64,000 bases of DNA from a virus. The stretch spans positions 57,042-121,041 of the IMG/VR virus record IMGVR_UViG_3300009103_000007; one strand, 5' to 3'. The notes below the pieces were generated by a model. The model made no database searches, had not been told where the DNA came from, and saw only the letters and a list, made by a program, of their open reading frames with translations. A program made the translations under genes and the position numbers. Of this stretch, positions 30,379 to 40,105 are shown in pieces (positions within the stretch are counted from its first letter, which is position 1; every line of letters starts with the position of its first letter).

Positions 30379-33300
30379 ATGAAATTTGCGCACATCGCAG
30401 ACACACATATTCGTAATTTAAAATATCACTTTGAGTATAGAGAGGTTTTTGGTCAACTTTACTCTTCTTTAAAAGAAGAAGAGGTTGACTACATTATACA
30501 CTGTGGTGACATAGCTCACACCAAGACACAAATATCTCCCGAATTTGTGGATCTTTGTCGAGAATTTTTTGAAAATTTAGCATCGATTGCCCCAACTTAT
30601 ATAATTTTGGGGAACCATGATGGTAACTTAAGAAATGGATCTAGGCAAGATGCAATTTCCCCTATCGTAAGGGCTATCAATTCTCCTAATTTAATATTGC
30701 TTAAGGATGCAGGCGAGACAAAATTGGCCCCGGGGTTTTGTCTGAATGTTTTATCGGTCTTTGACGAAGAGAATTGGGTATCCCCATCTTCTAATGAGGA
30801 TGTTAATATTGCACTGTATCATGGTGCCATCAATAGGTCCAAGACAGACTCTGATTGGACTCTTGGCGGCGACCATGGTGTAGAGGTTTTTGATGAATTC
30901 GATTTTGCATTTCTTGGGGACATACATAAGACACAGGCCCTCGATAAGGAGGAAAGGATTTGGTACGCTGGCTCTACTGTTCAACAAAACTTTGGAGAAT
31001 CCCTAGATAAGGGGTACTTGCTTTGGGACATAGAAAGTAAGGACAAGTTCTCCAACAAATTGATTACATTTGTAAATCCGAAGCCCTTTATAACGCTTTC
31101 CTTAACAAAGAAGGGGAATCTTCCCAGAAGTAAACCACCGTCGGGCGCCCGCCTGAGAATAGTGTCAGAAGAAAACGTGTCTTTTGACAAAGTACGGAAA
31201 GCAGTTGATATAGTAAAATATCGGTACAATCCAGAATCCGTAACCTACCTTAATCGCGCTGCGGGCAAGCAAATAGTCGTCTCCTCCCCTCATGGTTTTG
31301 TGCAGAAAGATCTTAGAGACATAAAGACGCAAGAAGAATTAATAACTAAATACTTGCAAGAATTCGAAGCCACAGAGCAAGTAATAAAGAAGGTCTTCGA
31401 TCTCAACAAGAGGTACAATACGCAAATTGAAGAAGGTGAAGACACTTTAAGGAATATAAACTGGTCTCTTCAGTCTTTGCGGTGGGACAATTTGTTTAAT
31501 TATGGCTCTGATAACTTTATAGATTTTACCAAACTTGAGGGGGTGGTTGGTATTTTTGGTAAAAATTACTCTGGCAAGTCATCTATTGTTGATTCTTTAT
31601 TGTATACAATGTTTAATAGTACATCAAAAAAGATAGTGAAGAATCTTAATATTATTAATCAAAATCAAGAATTTTGTAAGGCAGTTGCCTCAATACGAAT
31701 AGACGATACGGATTACTATATTGAAAGGCAATCAGAAAAATACCTGAAAAGACTTAAAGGTGTCGAGTCCATGGAAGCGAAAACTGATTTAGAGTTTTAT
31801 GAAAAAGATGCAGTGGACAATATAACGGGACTGAATGGAACGTCACGACAAGATACAGATAAGAATATTAGAAAATACTTTGGCTCTTTGGAGGATTTCC
31901 TAACTACCTCTATGTCAAGTCAATTAGATTCCTTATCTTTTATTAATGAGGGCTCGATGAGGCGAAAGGAAATCTTGGCTAAATTTCTGGATCTTGAGAT
32001 TTTTGATAAAAAATACAAGTTAGCAAAAGAAGAATCCGCTGCAACAAGTGCTGCCCTCAAGCGACTAGAGGGTATTGACTTTGAGGGCCAAACAAGAAGT
32101 TTGGAATCGTCAATCATGAAGAGTGAATTGGCCATAGAAGATAATAAGGCTGAATGCGGAAAACTAAAAGAAGTGATGCAGGCTCTCCAAGAAGAGATCT
32201 TAGATGTTCAAGAGAAGATCAGTTCAGTTCCTGGCGAGATCATTGATCCGGTTTTGACAAGCAGGGAAATAAGGGAAAAGCAAAAGACTATTCTTCAGGC
32301 AACTGGAGATAGAAAGAATGCCATCAAGGAACTGTCCGAGAGTGAAGAGAAGTTTGAAAAGATAGATACTTTTTTATCACAATTTAATATTGAATCGTAT
32401 CAAGAAAAAAAGCGCTTAATAGATTCAAAAAAAGATAAATTAAAATCTCTTCTTGAGGAACTTCGACGGGCCTCACAGACTAAAGACAATAACGTGAAAA
32501 AGCGCGACCTTTTATCTGAGGTGCCTTGCGGCACACAATATCCATCTTGCAAGTTTATTAAAGATGCACACACCGCTGTGGATTTAATTCAGGTGACTGA
32601 AAGAAAAATGAATGAATTAACAAATGAAGTGAATTCTACTGGAGCAGACTTGGCCCTGCATACAGGAGAGCAGATAGAGGATCACATTTCTAAGTACGAG
32701 AGGCTTCTAGAGAAGAGGTCATCGATGGCCACGAGAATCGCGACTTCTAGACTTAAAATAGAGAGGACTGATTCACTCTTATTTCGCACGCAGGTAGAAT
32801 TGGAAGATCTGCAGGCAAAAAATCTCGAATATCAAGATAATCGGGAAGCAATAGAGAACCTGAAAGAGTTGATTAATCACAATGATGAATTGCGGCAAAT
32901 TATGGAAAATAAAAGCGATCAACTTGAAATTTGTCAAGAAAGAGTGATGAGTCTGCACAAGAGGCATGGCTCCTTGGAAGAAAAATTAACACAAATTAAA
33001 GAAATGTCGAATGAGTATGAGACTCTAAAAGAAGAGGTTGCCGCACATCACTTGATGATGTCATGCTGTCACCCAGATGGGGTTTCTTATGATATAATAA
33101 AAGAAAGACTTCCAATTATTAATCAGGAAATAGCCAAAATATTGACCAATATTGTGGAATTTGAAATTTTTATTCAAAATAATGAAAAGAAGCTTGATAT
33201 TTTCATAAAACACCCAAAACACGAACCCCGCCCACTGGAGATGGGTTCTGGCGCCGAAAAAACCATTGCCTCTATGGCCATTCGTTTGGCATTCTTAACA

Positions 33301-33516
33301 GTGTCGTCTTTACCGAAATCGGATCTATTTATATTAGATGAGCCTGGCACCGCTTTGGACGAAGAGAACATGGAAGGGTTTGTTCGGATATTGGATATGG
33401 TTAAGGGTTATTTTAAAACTGTTATTTTGATATCTCATCTTGATAGCTTGAAAGATTGTGTTGATATGCAAATTAATATAGAGAAAAAAGATGATTATGC
33501 ATATGTTAATATATAG
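30379..33516 (+). CDS. Fused SbcD-SbcC (Mre11-Rad50; T4 gp47-gp46-like) recombination nuclease/ATPase, 1,045 aa
   Basis: Phosphoesterase motifs HIADTH, GDIAH, GNHD, YHG and GDIH in the N-terminal ~350 aa. These are followed by Walker A GKNYSGKSS, a coiled coil, signature GSGAE, Walker B FILDEPG and H-loop ISH. Confidence 0.92.
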   Translation: MKFAHIADTHIRNLKYHFEYREVFGQLYSSLKEEEVDYIIHCGDIAHTKTQISPEFVDLCREFFENLASIAPTYIILGNHDGNLRNGSRQDAISPIVRAINSPNLILLKDAGETKLAPGFCLNVLSVFDEENWVSPSSNEDVNIALYHGAINRSKTDSDWTLGGDHGVEVFDEFDFAFLGDIHKTQALDKEERIWYAGSTVQQNFGESLDKGYLLWDIESKDKFSNKLITFVNPKPFITLSLTKKGNLPRSKPPSGARLRIVSEENVSFDKVRKAVDIVKYRYNPESVTYLNRAAGKQIVVSSPHGFVQKDLRDIKTQEELITKYLQEFEATEQVIKKVFDLNKRYNTQIEEGEDTLRNINWSLQSLRWDNLFNYGSDNFIDFTKLEGVVGIFGKNYSGKSSIVDSLLYTMFNSTSKKIVKNLNIINQNQEFCKAVASIRIDDTDYYIERQSEKYLKRLKGVESMEAKTDLEFYEKDAVDNITGLNGTSRQDTDKNIRKYFGSLEDFLTTSMSSQLDSLSFINEGSMRRKEILAKFLDLEIFDKKYKLAKEESAATSAALKRLEGIDFEGQTRSLESSIMKSELAIEDNKAECGKLKEVMQALQEEILDVQEKISSVPGEIIDPVLTSREIREKQKTILQATGDRKNAIKELSESEEKFEKIDTFLSQFNIESYQEKKRLIDSKKDKLKSLLEELRRASQTKDNNVKKRDLLSEVPCGTQYPSCKFIKDAHTAVDLIQVTERKMNELTNEVNSTGADLALHTGEQIEDHISKYERLLEKRSSMATRIATSRLKIERTDSLLFRTQVELEDLQAKNLEYQDNREAIENLKELINHNDELRQIMENKSDQLEICQERVMSLHKRHGSLEEKLTQIKEMSNEYETLKEEVAAHHLMMSCCHPDGVSYDIIKERLPIINQEIAKILTNIVEFEIFIQNNEKKLDIFIKHPKHEPRPLEMGSGAEKTIASMAIRLAFLTVSSLPKSDLFILDEPGTALDEENMEGFVRILDMVKGYFKTVILISHLDSLKDCVDMQINIEKKDDYAYVNI

Positions 33517-33525
33517 GGGGTACCG

Positions 33526-33750
33526 ATGATGGCTAGATTTAAGGCATTTGCCGACAAGTATGTAGAGAGGTTTATTTCTAGGAAATTTTTAGCGTGGCTT
33601 ACTGCAACCATCTTATGTGTTATAGGGTCTGTAACTAGTGATAACTGGACGGCGATAACATTGGCATATATCGGCACGCAAGCTTTGGTTGATATGGCAG
33701 TTCAGTGGAAACACGGCCCGAGAGAAGAAAATGACTTGGTTGGTAGTTAA
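33526..33750 (+). CDS. Small membrane protein with two TM segments, holin-like
   Basis: ISRKFLAWLTATILCVIG..WTAITLAYIGTQALVD forms two short hydrophobic helices with a basic N-terminus. Confidence 0.55.
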   Translation: MMARFKAFADKYVERFISRKFLAWLTATILCVIGSVTSDNWTAITLAYIGTQALVDMAVQWKHGPREENDLVGS

Positions 33751-34135
33751 AACTTTTTGCAAAAAATCTTGGATTTGGATCAAGGAACACTGGCAGATTC
33801 CTTTTCTGTTTTTGTGGACAGTTGGGGTCTGGATTGTGGCTCGAAGAAATACAGATGCAATGCTAGAGGTGATTAATGCGAAGAAGGATTCTTATAAAAA
33901 ACAATTAGAGGTACTGAAGGACTCTCACAGTAGGGAAATTTTAGAGAGAGACAGGTTAATGCAACACTATGAGGATGCCCTGAAAAAGGTCGAAGCCGAT
34001 TTTGTCAAAAACAAAGAAGAACTTACGAACGCTCATAAAAATAGTATTAAAGAGGTCGTAATCAAATCAAAGGGAAACCCTGACGAAATCCGGAAAAGAA
34101 TTGAAGAAGAGTTTGGCATTAGATATGTGGAATAG
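33731..34135 (+). CDS. N-terminally anchored coiled-coil membrane protein (i-spanin-like)
   Basis: Probable ATG at 33731. Hydrophobic segment IPFLFLWTVGVWIVA followed by a charged helical region. Confidence 0.45.
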   Translation: MTWLVVKTFCKKSWIWIKEHWQIPFLFLWTVGVWIVARRNTDAMLEVINAKKDSYKKQLEVLKDSHSREILERDRLMQHYEDALKKVEADFVKNKEELTNAHKNSIKEVVIKSKGNPDEIRKRIEEEFGIRYVE

Positions 34136-34592
34136 ATTAATAATTTACACTCTTGCAGTAATGTGTGCATTGCCGGCCATGGCCAACCCGACAATGGGGG
34201 AAAGCGTTGTCCCTCCCGGCTCTTTTACTCGTGTTGATGATGGTATTGCTCTTGGTTTGGGCATCGAGGGGCCCCTTTGGTGCTATGACGAGGAAGCAAA
34301 TGCCATATTGATAACTGCCAAAGCCCGTGCCGTAGCAAATTGCGAATTAAAAATGCAGTTTGAGCTAGAGAAACAAAAAGTTAAATACGACTTGGAGGTA
34401 TCAAACTTGAGATTGAGGGTTGAGACGCTTACAAAACAGCATGAAGAAATTCTCCTTATTAAGAATGTAGAAATAGAGAGACTCACCGAAGCATCTTTGA
34501 AGCGCCCCAACGATTATACTGCATGGTGGACAGCTGGCGGTTTTGCAACTGGAGTGCTAGTTACTTTAGCTATCTTTTTTTCTGTTCAGTAA
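34125..34592 (+). CDS. Exported/membrane protein with signal peptide and C-terminal TM helix (spanin-like candidate)
   Basis: Probable ATG at 34125 (MWNRLIIYTLAVMCALPAMA), coiled-coil middle, C-terminal WWTAGGFATGVLVTLAIFF. Overlaps the upstream gene. Confidence 0.45.
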   Translation: MWNRLIIYTLAVMCALPAMANPTMGESVVPPGSFTRVDDGIALGLGIEGPLWCYDEEANAILITAKARAVANCELKMQFELEKQKVKYDLEVSNLRLRVETLTKQHEEILLIKNVEIERLTEASLKRPNDYTAWWTAGGFATGVLVTLAIFFSVQ

Positions 34593-34602
34593 TGGAGGAT
34601 TT

Positions 34603-34734
34603 ATGTTTTCTAAAATTGTTAAACGCGTGAGCAAGTTCGCAGTTTGTCTGTGTTATTCTATAGTGTACTTTTTATTTCTCGGTGTGCCTCATCCGACTGG
34701 TATTTTATGGAGCGCAGAGAATGAAAAAGGATGA
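34603..34734 (+). CDS. 43-aa single-pass membrane peptide (MFSKIVKRVSKFAVCLCYSIVYFLFLGVPHPTGILWSAENEKG), not in the ORF track
   Basis: Hand translation; strong SD GGAGGA at 34594-34599; fills the intergenic gap. Confidence 0.6.
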   Translation: MFSKIVKRVSKFAVCLCYSIVYFLFLGVPHPTGILWSAENEKG

Positions 34735-35101
34735 TTTGAATTATATAGCCAAGGTTGAGAGGGCTATTGCTGATAAGTATGGTGCGGAAGCCATCTCTAA
34801 CCCAAAGAGCGGCTGGGACGAAGAGAAGGAAAAAAAATACCTTCAAGAGCTTTCTGAGCTTTATAAAAACTCTTCGCCACCACAAGGAGAAATCGTGGAT
34901 ATGGGCTCCTTTGTTATAAAGGGGAATGCTTTCCTTAACAGTGGCCGAAATCGTAGAACCTGCCCAAATTGTGAATCTTATTCTCTTTCATTTAGTGATG
35001 ATTTATATATGAGCAAATATGATTGCTGTTTTGACTGTTTTGTGGAATATGTTGAGGGTAGAGAGGCTCGCTGGAAAACTGGCTGGAGACCAAATAAGTA
35101 A
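34721..35101 (+). CDS. Hypothetical protein with a Cys cluster (CPNC...CCFDC), probable Zn finger
   Basis: The true start is probably ATG 34721 (GGAG upstream) rather than 34682. Confidence 0.6.
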   Translation: MKKDDLNYIAKVERAIADKYGAEAISNPKSGWDEEKEKKYLQELSELYKNSSPPQGEIVDMGSFVIKGNAFLNSGRNRRTCPNCESYSLSFSDDLYMSKYDCCFDCFVEYVEGREARWKTGWRPNK

Positions 35102-35129
35102 CTATTTAAATATACGGATACTATTTATA
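35101..35129 (+). promoter_or_regulatory. Tandem putative late promoter motifs ACTATTTAAA (35101) and ACTATTTATA (35120)
   Basis: Two copies 19 nt apart, upstream of the packaging/head operon (ATG 35144). Confidence 0.6.
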
Positions 35130-35143
35130 TAAGAGGATATAAT

Positions 35144-35683
35144 ATGGCTACAACATTAGAGATAATTAACGGAATTTCCCAAGTGCTTGCAAATACATAC
35201 GATGGTGCACTGGACAAGGACGGAAAGCCGATCGAAATCGGCCTTCGTCGAGAAGAGGGTGATCCTCTTTTGGATGAACGCGTCATGGATGGCTTCGGGG
35301 CCTACATTAGTGGCGACCGCCTCCACATCAAATACCACTGCGAACCAATGCTTAAGGAGGTCCACAACCCATCTTACGAGTCAGAAATAGACTCAATGGT
35401 AGAAAAAGTAAAATCCTTTATACAAAAGGAGTTCAAGAAGGTTACGGGGGATAGTTTATCACTTTCCCAGCCTTCAGAAGTGGACGTTCTAGTAGAATAC
35501 ATATCGAGAATCAGAGTTTCCGTGAAAGCTCACAAGTGCTGGAAAATTGGCTCCATAGGGGCAGATCCTGTCTTCGATGATAAAAAGAGAAAATTAGATT
35601 CAGCCACTCGCAACTGGATTGAGCTCGGTGGTTTAGAAAAGGGCGGCAAAAAGCCGAAAAATGTTACAGCTAAGAAATCATGA
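35144..35683 (+). CDS. Hypothetical protein, 179 aa, translationally coupled to terminase large subunit
   Basis: ATGA overlap with terL; basic C-terminal tail. Function not recognised. Confidence 0.6.
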   Translation: MATTLEIINGISQVLANTYDGALDKDGKPIEIGLRREEGDPLLDERVMDGFGAYISGDRLHIKYHCEPMLKEVHNPSYESEIDSMVEKVKSFIQKEFKKVTGDSLSLSQPSEVDVLVEYISRIRVSVKAHKCWKIGSIGADPVFDDKKRKLDSATRNWIELGGLEKGGKKPKNVTAKKS

Positions 35684-37266
35684 CCGTCTCTCTGGATAAG
35701 CGAGAAATAATGAAAGAGATAGTCAGGTGTGGAAAGAAGCCTGACTATTTTATAAACACTTATGCTAAGATCACTCACCCTCAGCGAGGACTGATCCCAT
35801 TTCATATATATGACTTTCAGAGAGATCTGTTACACGATTTTGAAGATCATCGTTTCAATGTGATTCTTAAGGCGCGCCAGCTCGGAATCTCAACTATAAC
35901 TGCAGCCTATATTGCGTGGATGATGGTATTTCACAGAGAAAAGAATGTACTAGTTATAGCTACCAAATTTCAGACTGCAGCAAATTTGGTGAAAAAGGTT
36001 AAGGCTATTATTAGGAGCTTGCCCGCGTGGCTTAAAATTTCGGATGTTACGATAGACAACAGGGCGTCTTTTGAGTTATCCAATGGCTCTCAGATAAAAG
36101 CCTCCTCAACATCATCTGATGCTGGCCGCTCTGAGGCTCTTTCTTTATTGGTCATAGACGAGGCTGCACATGTCGAAGGTCTAGACGAATTATGGATGGG
36201 TCTTTACCCAACACTCTCCACAGGCGGCCGCTGCATAGCCTTGTCGACCCCCAATGGCGTTGGGAACTGGTTTCATAAAACATATGTCGAGTCCGAATCG
36301 GGCACAAACGATTTTAATGATGTGAAGTTGAAGTGGGACGTACATCCTGACCGCGATAGCGCATGGTTCCAACGCGAGACCAAGAATATGTCCAGAAGAG
36401 AAATAGCCCAAGAGCTGGAATGTAACTTTAACATGTCAGGGGAGACCGTTTTCGATGGTATGGATATTGAACGCATCTCGGCCAACGTTAGGGAGCCGAA
36501 ATACAGGACAGGTTTTGACAGAAACTTTTGGATATGGGAAGAATATCAGCCGAACTCAACATATATGATTTCTGCCGACGTAGCCCGCGGCGACGGAAAA
36601 GATTATTCTGTTTTTCACATTTTTAAGTTAGAAACCATGGAGCTGGTGGGCGAGTATCAGGGGAAAGTTACGCCGGATGTTTTTTCGCGAGTGCTACATG
36701 ATGCAGGAAACGAATATGGAAAGTGTTTGATGGTGGTGGAAAACAATTCAGTCGGCTTCTCTGTTTTAGAAAAATTAAAAGACTTGAGTTATTCAAACAT
36801 ATATCATTCAATTAAATCAACTCACGAGTATGTTGAGGAACACTTAGCGGAAAGGATGTCAAACGCTGTTGCTGGCTTCACAAACTCTTTAAAGACTCGT
36901 CCACTAATAATAGCAAAGATGGAAGAATTCGTAAGAAACAGTCTAATTACAATATATTCTCCAAGGTTGTTGAATGAGATGAAAACTTTTATTTGGAACA
37001 ATGGCCGTCCCGAGGCAATGAGGTCTTACAATGACGACCTCGTCATGTCGTGTGCGATCGGCTGCTGGGTAAGGGACACGGCACTTGAGGGAAATGCTAG
37101 AGATTTGGAATACAAGAAGGCTTTTATAAATTCAACTATTTCAACTTCAACAGAATTAGACACTAGAATTCCAGGAATGTTGGGAAGAAGTAATTTAAAA
37201 TTGAAAGAAGATATGGTAAAACAAATAGAGGCACAAAAAAGCTTTCCGTGGTTATTTAAAGGTTAA
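35680..37266 (+). CDS. terL: Terminase large subunit (T4 gp17-like)
   Basis: Walker A LKARQLGIST, Walker B LLVIDEAAH, coupling motif LSTPNG; RNase H nuclease motifs SADVARGDGKDYS and NDDLVMS. Confidence 0.95.
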   Translation: MTVSLDKREIMKEIVRCGKKPDYFINTYAKITHPQRGLIPFHIYDFQRDLLHDFEDHRFNVILKARQLGISTITAAYIAWMMVFHREKNVLVIATKFQTAANLVKKVKAIIRSLPAWLKISDVTIDNRASFELSNGSQIKASSTSSDAGRSEALSLLVIDEAAHVEGLDELWMGLYPTLSTGGRCIALSTPNGVGNWFHKTYVESESGTNDFNDVKLKWDVHPDRDSAWFQRETKNMSRREIAQELECNFNMSGETVFDGMDIERISANVREPKYRTGFDRNFWIWEEYQPNSTYMISADVARGDGKDYSVFHIFKLETMELVGEYQGKVTPDVFSRVLHDAGNEYGKCLMVVENNSVGFSVLEKLKDLSYSNIYHSIKSTHEYVEEHLAERMSNAVAGFTNSLKTRPLIIAKMEEFVRNSLITIYSPRLLNEMKTFIWNNGRPEAMRSYNDDLVMSCAIGCWVRDTALEGNARDLEYKKAFINSTISTSTELDTRIPGMLGRSNLKLKEDMVKQIEAQKSFPWLFKG

Positions 37267-37269
37267 TAA

Positions 37270-39285
37270 ATGGAAAAAAACAAGAAAAACACTAGAAACC
37301 CACAAAGTCTCCTTTTCCGGAGACTGACTAGGTTACTGTCCGGACCGCTTGTCAACTACAGAACTCAAACGGCTCATCGCTTGAGAAGAATAGACATGGA
37401 CAAGTATTCTAAGAAGTTCACATCCGCTACAGGGAGGGATTTCAAGAAAACTGCATACAACCCATACGACAATTTGCAAGCAAACGTTATGGCAACTCAG
37501 CAACGAACTGAGAGATATGTAGATTTTGATCAAATGGAGTATACTCCAGAAATCGCTTCAGCGATAGACATATACGCTGATGAAATGACAACTCACAGCA
37601 AGCTTCAGAAGCTTTTGGATATAGACTGCCATAATGAAGAAATAAAATCGATACTCGAATCACTTTATTACAATGTTATGAATGTTGAGTATAACTTGTT
37701 TACTTGGTGTCGCACAATGTGCAAATATGGAGACTTTTTCCTGTACTTGGACATTGATCAAGATACGGGTATACAGAGTGTGATAGGTCTCCCGTCGTAT
37801 GAGGTGGAAAGGCTGGAGGGGGAAGACAAGACAAATCCCAATTATATACAATTTCAATGGAATTCGGCCGGATTGACATTTGAGAATTGGCAATGCGCAC
37901 ATTTCCGTATACTGGGGAACGATAAGTACAATCCATATGGCACTTCTATTTTAGAGCCGGCCAGAAGAATTTGGCGCCAATTAACATTGCTAGAAGATGC
38001 GATGATGGCATATCGTATTGTTAGGTCACCGGAGCGTAGGGTGTTTTATATTGATGTTGGGAGTATACCTCCGACAGATGTGGAGCAATATATGCAAAAG
38101 GTGATGACGCAAATGAAAAGACATCAAGTGGTGGATCCTAGCACCGGACGCGTCGATCTTAGATATAATCCTCTCTCAATTGATGAGGATTACTTTATAC
38201 CCGTCCGTGGTCAAAGCGCTACAAAAATAGATACAGTTCCGGGCGGTACATATACTGGTGATATCGATGACGTAAAATATTTAAGAGATAAATTGTTTTC
38301 AGCGCTGAAAATTCCTCCGTCTTATCTTTCTAGGTCTGACGAGGGAGGCGAGGAAGATAAAAGTACATTAGCCCAGAAAGACATAAGATTCGCTAGAACT
38401 ATTCAGCGCCTCCAACGTTCGGTAATCACTGAATTGGAGAAGGTTGGCATTATACACTTGTATACTCTCGGTTATCGAGATGAGGATTTGGTTAGTTTTA
38501 AAATTTCTCTCAACAACCCATCTAAAATAGCAGAATTGCAGGAACTAGAGCATTGGAAAACAAAATTTGATATTGCATCTTCGGCCACTGAGGGATTTTT
38601 CTCCAAGAGATGGATTGCCAAGCGCATGTTTGGATTGACAGATGAAGAATTTATTAGAAGCAGAAGAGAATTATTTAGTGACCGCAAATTTGAAGCAGAG
38701 CTGGAAATAGTGGCCGAACAAGTGCAGGCAGCCATGAGCCCGGGCACCCAAGGTGGTGACATGGGCGGCATGGGCCTTGAGAATGAGCCGGGTGGCATGG
38801 GTACTGTTGGTATGGAGCCGGAATTAGGCGTTCCTGATGAAGGCGCCGGCCCTGCCCCCGAGGCACCTACTGCAGGGGCCCCCGCCGAAGATGCTGGAGA
38901 ATTATTAGCAGCACCGCCAGGAAAAAGAGACGATGATGCTGGTTCCCGCTGGACATATCCCGATGGCCGCACCACCACAAGTAAATCTAAAGGCAAAAAG
39001 TACACACCAAGGTCAAAGAAGGGTGGCGACCGCCGCGCGGGATCTGGTCCTAGAAAGAAGGTTATGAAGGGGCAGGGTTCCATGGAGAAGGCTAGAACGG
39101 GAATCAGGAACATCATGCCTGGGGCTAGTGATTTGTTAGGTTTGGGAAGAGGGATATACGAAGAAAAGGATACTAGTTACTTATTAGAAGAGGAGAAAAA
39201 GATCTTACTTCAAAATGCTGAGATAAAGAAGCTTTTTGAGAGTTTAAAATCGAGGGATAAAAAAAATGAGACTAAAGCACAATAA
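37270..39285 (+). CDS. gp20: Portal protein (T4 gp20-like) with a long C-terminal extension
   Basis: LLEDAMMAYRIVRSPERRVFYIDVG, EDYFIPVRG, DDVKYLRDKLFSALKIP and DIRFARTIQRLQ. Confidence 0.95.
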   Translation: MEKNKKNTRNPQSLLFRRLTRLLSGPLVNYRTQTAHRLRRIDMDKYSKKFTSATGRDFKKTAYNPYDNLQANVMATQQRTERYVDFDQMEYTPEIASAIDIYADEMTTHSKLQKLLDIDCHNEEIKSILESLYYNVMNVEYNLFTWCRTMCKYGDFFLYLDIDQDTGIQSVIGLPSYEVERLEGEDKTNPNYIQFQWNSAGLTFENWQCAHFRILGNDKYNPYGTSILEPARRIWRQLTLLEDAMMAYRIVRSPERRVFYIDVGSIPPTDVEQYMQKVMTQMKRHQVVDPSTGRVDLRYNPLSIDEDYFIPVRGQSATKIDTVPGGTYTGDIDDVKYLRDKLFSALKIPPSYLSRSDEGGEEDKSTLAQKDIRFARTIQRLQRSVITELEKVGIIHLYTLGYRDEDLVSFKISLNNPSKIAELQELEHWKTKFDIASSATEGFFSKRWIAKRMFGLTDEEFIRSRRELFSDRKFEAELEIVAEQVQAAMSPGTQGGDMGGMGLENEPGGMGTVGMEPELGVPDEGAGPAPEAPTAGAPAEDAGELLAAPPGKRDDDAGSRWTYPDGRTTTSKSKGKKYTPRSKKGGDRRAGSGPRKKVMKGQGSMEKARTGIRNIMPGASDLLGLGRGIYEEKDTSYLLEEEKKILLQNAEIKKLFESLKSRDKKNETKAQ

Positions 39286-40105
39286 AAAGAGAAATACTGC
39301 GTTTGTTTACGAGGCTCTTGTCCGCGAATTGACAGAATCCATTGTTAAAAACAAGAAAGACAAGCAGAACAAAATTGTTTCTATAATTAAGGAGCATTTT
39401 TCTAAAAACACCCTCCTCAATAAGGAGTTGGGCATTTATCAGGCTGTTTATGACACAAAGCAGGTAGATCGCAAGTTGGCTGAAAAGATTGTACTTGAAG
39501 CGAAGGAAGAGTATGCTTCCCTAAACAAGGGAAAAATCTTCAAAGAGCAGAGCGCCCTTATAAACAAGATTAACAAAACCATATCAAGTAAGATATTTAA
39601 TAATTTTTTGCCAAACTATAGGAGTATAGCATCAGTATATTCTATATTTAATAACTCCCTACCTGTAAAGGACAGGGTTCTATTGGAGGAAAATTTAGTT
39701 GAACAAATGTCAGCTTCTGCTGAAACACTTGGAGAGCAGAACCAAAAACCAATAGACAACATTGTTTATAAATCGTTTGTAAACAAGTTCAACGAAGAAT
39801 ATTCTGGAAAACTTGCAGAAGAGCAGAAGGATCTTTTAGTGAGATATATCTCTTCCTTTTCCGATAATGGGCTTCAAATGAAAACATATTTAAACGAAGA
39901 AGTTGGCCGACTGAAATCAAAATTATCGAAGGTGAAAACCAACAAGCATGTTAAGGCCGATAATGAGATGGTTCTTAAGATTGGCAAAGTGCACTCTCTT
40001 CTTGAAGGTTGTAAAGAGCGAGAAATGGATGTTGATATGTTAGAGTTGGTTTTGAAAACACAAGAATTAGTAAACGAGATAGAAGAAGATGACAATAAAG
40101 GTTGA
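39266..40105 (+). CDS. Conserved-looking hypothetical head-module protein, 279 aa, alpha-helical
   Basis: ORF overlaps the portal stop; N-terminus LKHNKKRNTAFVYEAL. Confidence 0.65.
   Translation: MRLKHNKKRNTAFVYEALVRELTESIVKNKKDKQNKIVSIIKEHFSKNTLLNKELGIYQAVYDTKQVDRKLAEKIVLEAKEEYASLNKGKIFKEQSALINKINKTISSKIFNNFLPNYRSIASVYSIFNNSLPVKDRVLLEENLVEQMSASAETLGEQNQKPIDNIVYKSFVNKFNEEYSGKLAEEQKDLLVRYISSFSDNGLQMKTYLNEEVGRLKSKLSKVKTNKHVKADNEMVLKIGKVHSLLEGCKEREMDVDMLELVLKTQELVNEIEEDDNKG

Noticed and set aside
38472-39116. 214-aa antisense ORF in the portal tail
   Set aside because: Shadow of the GC-rich Gly/Pro low-complexity segment.
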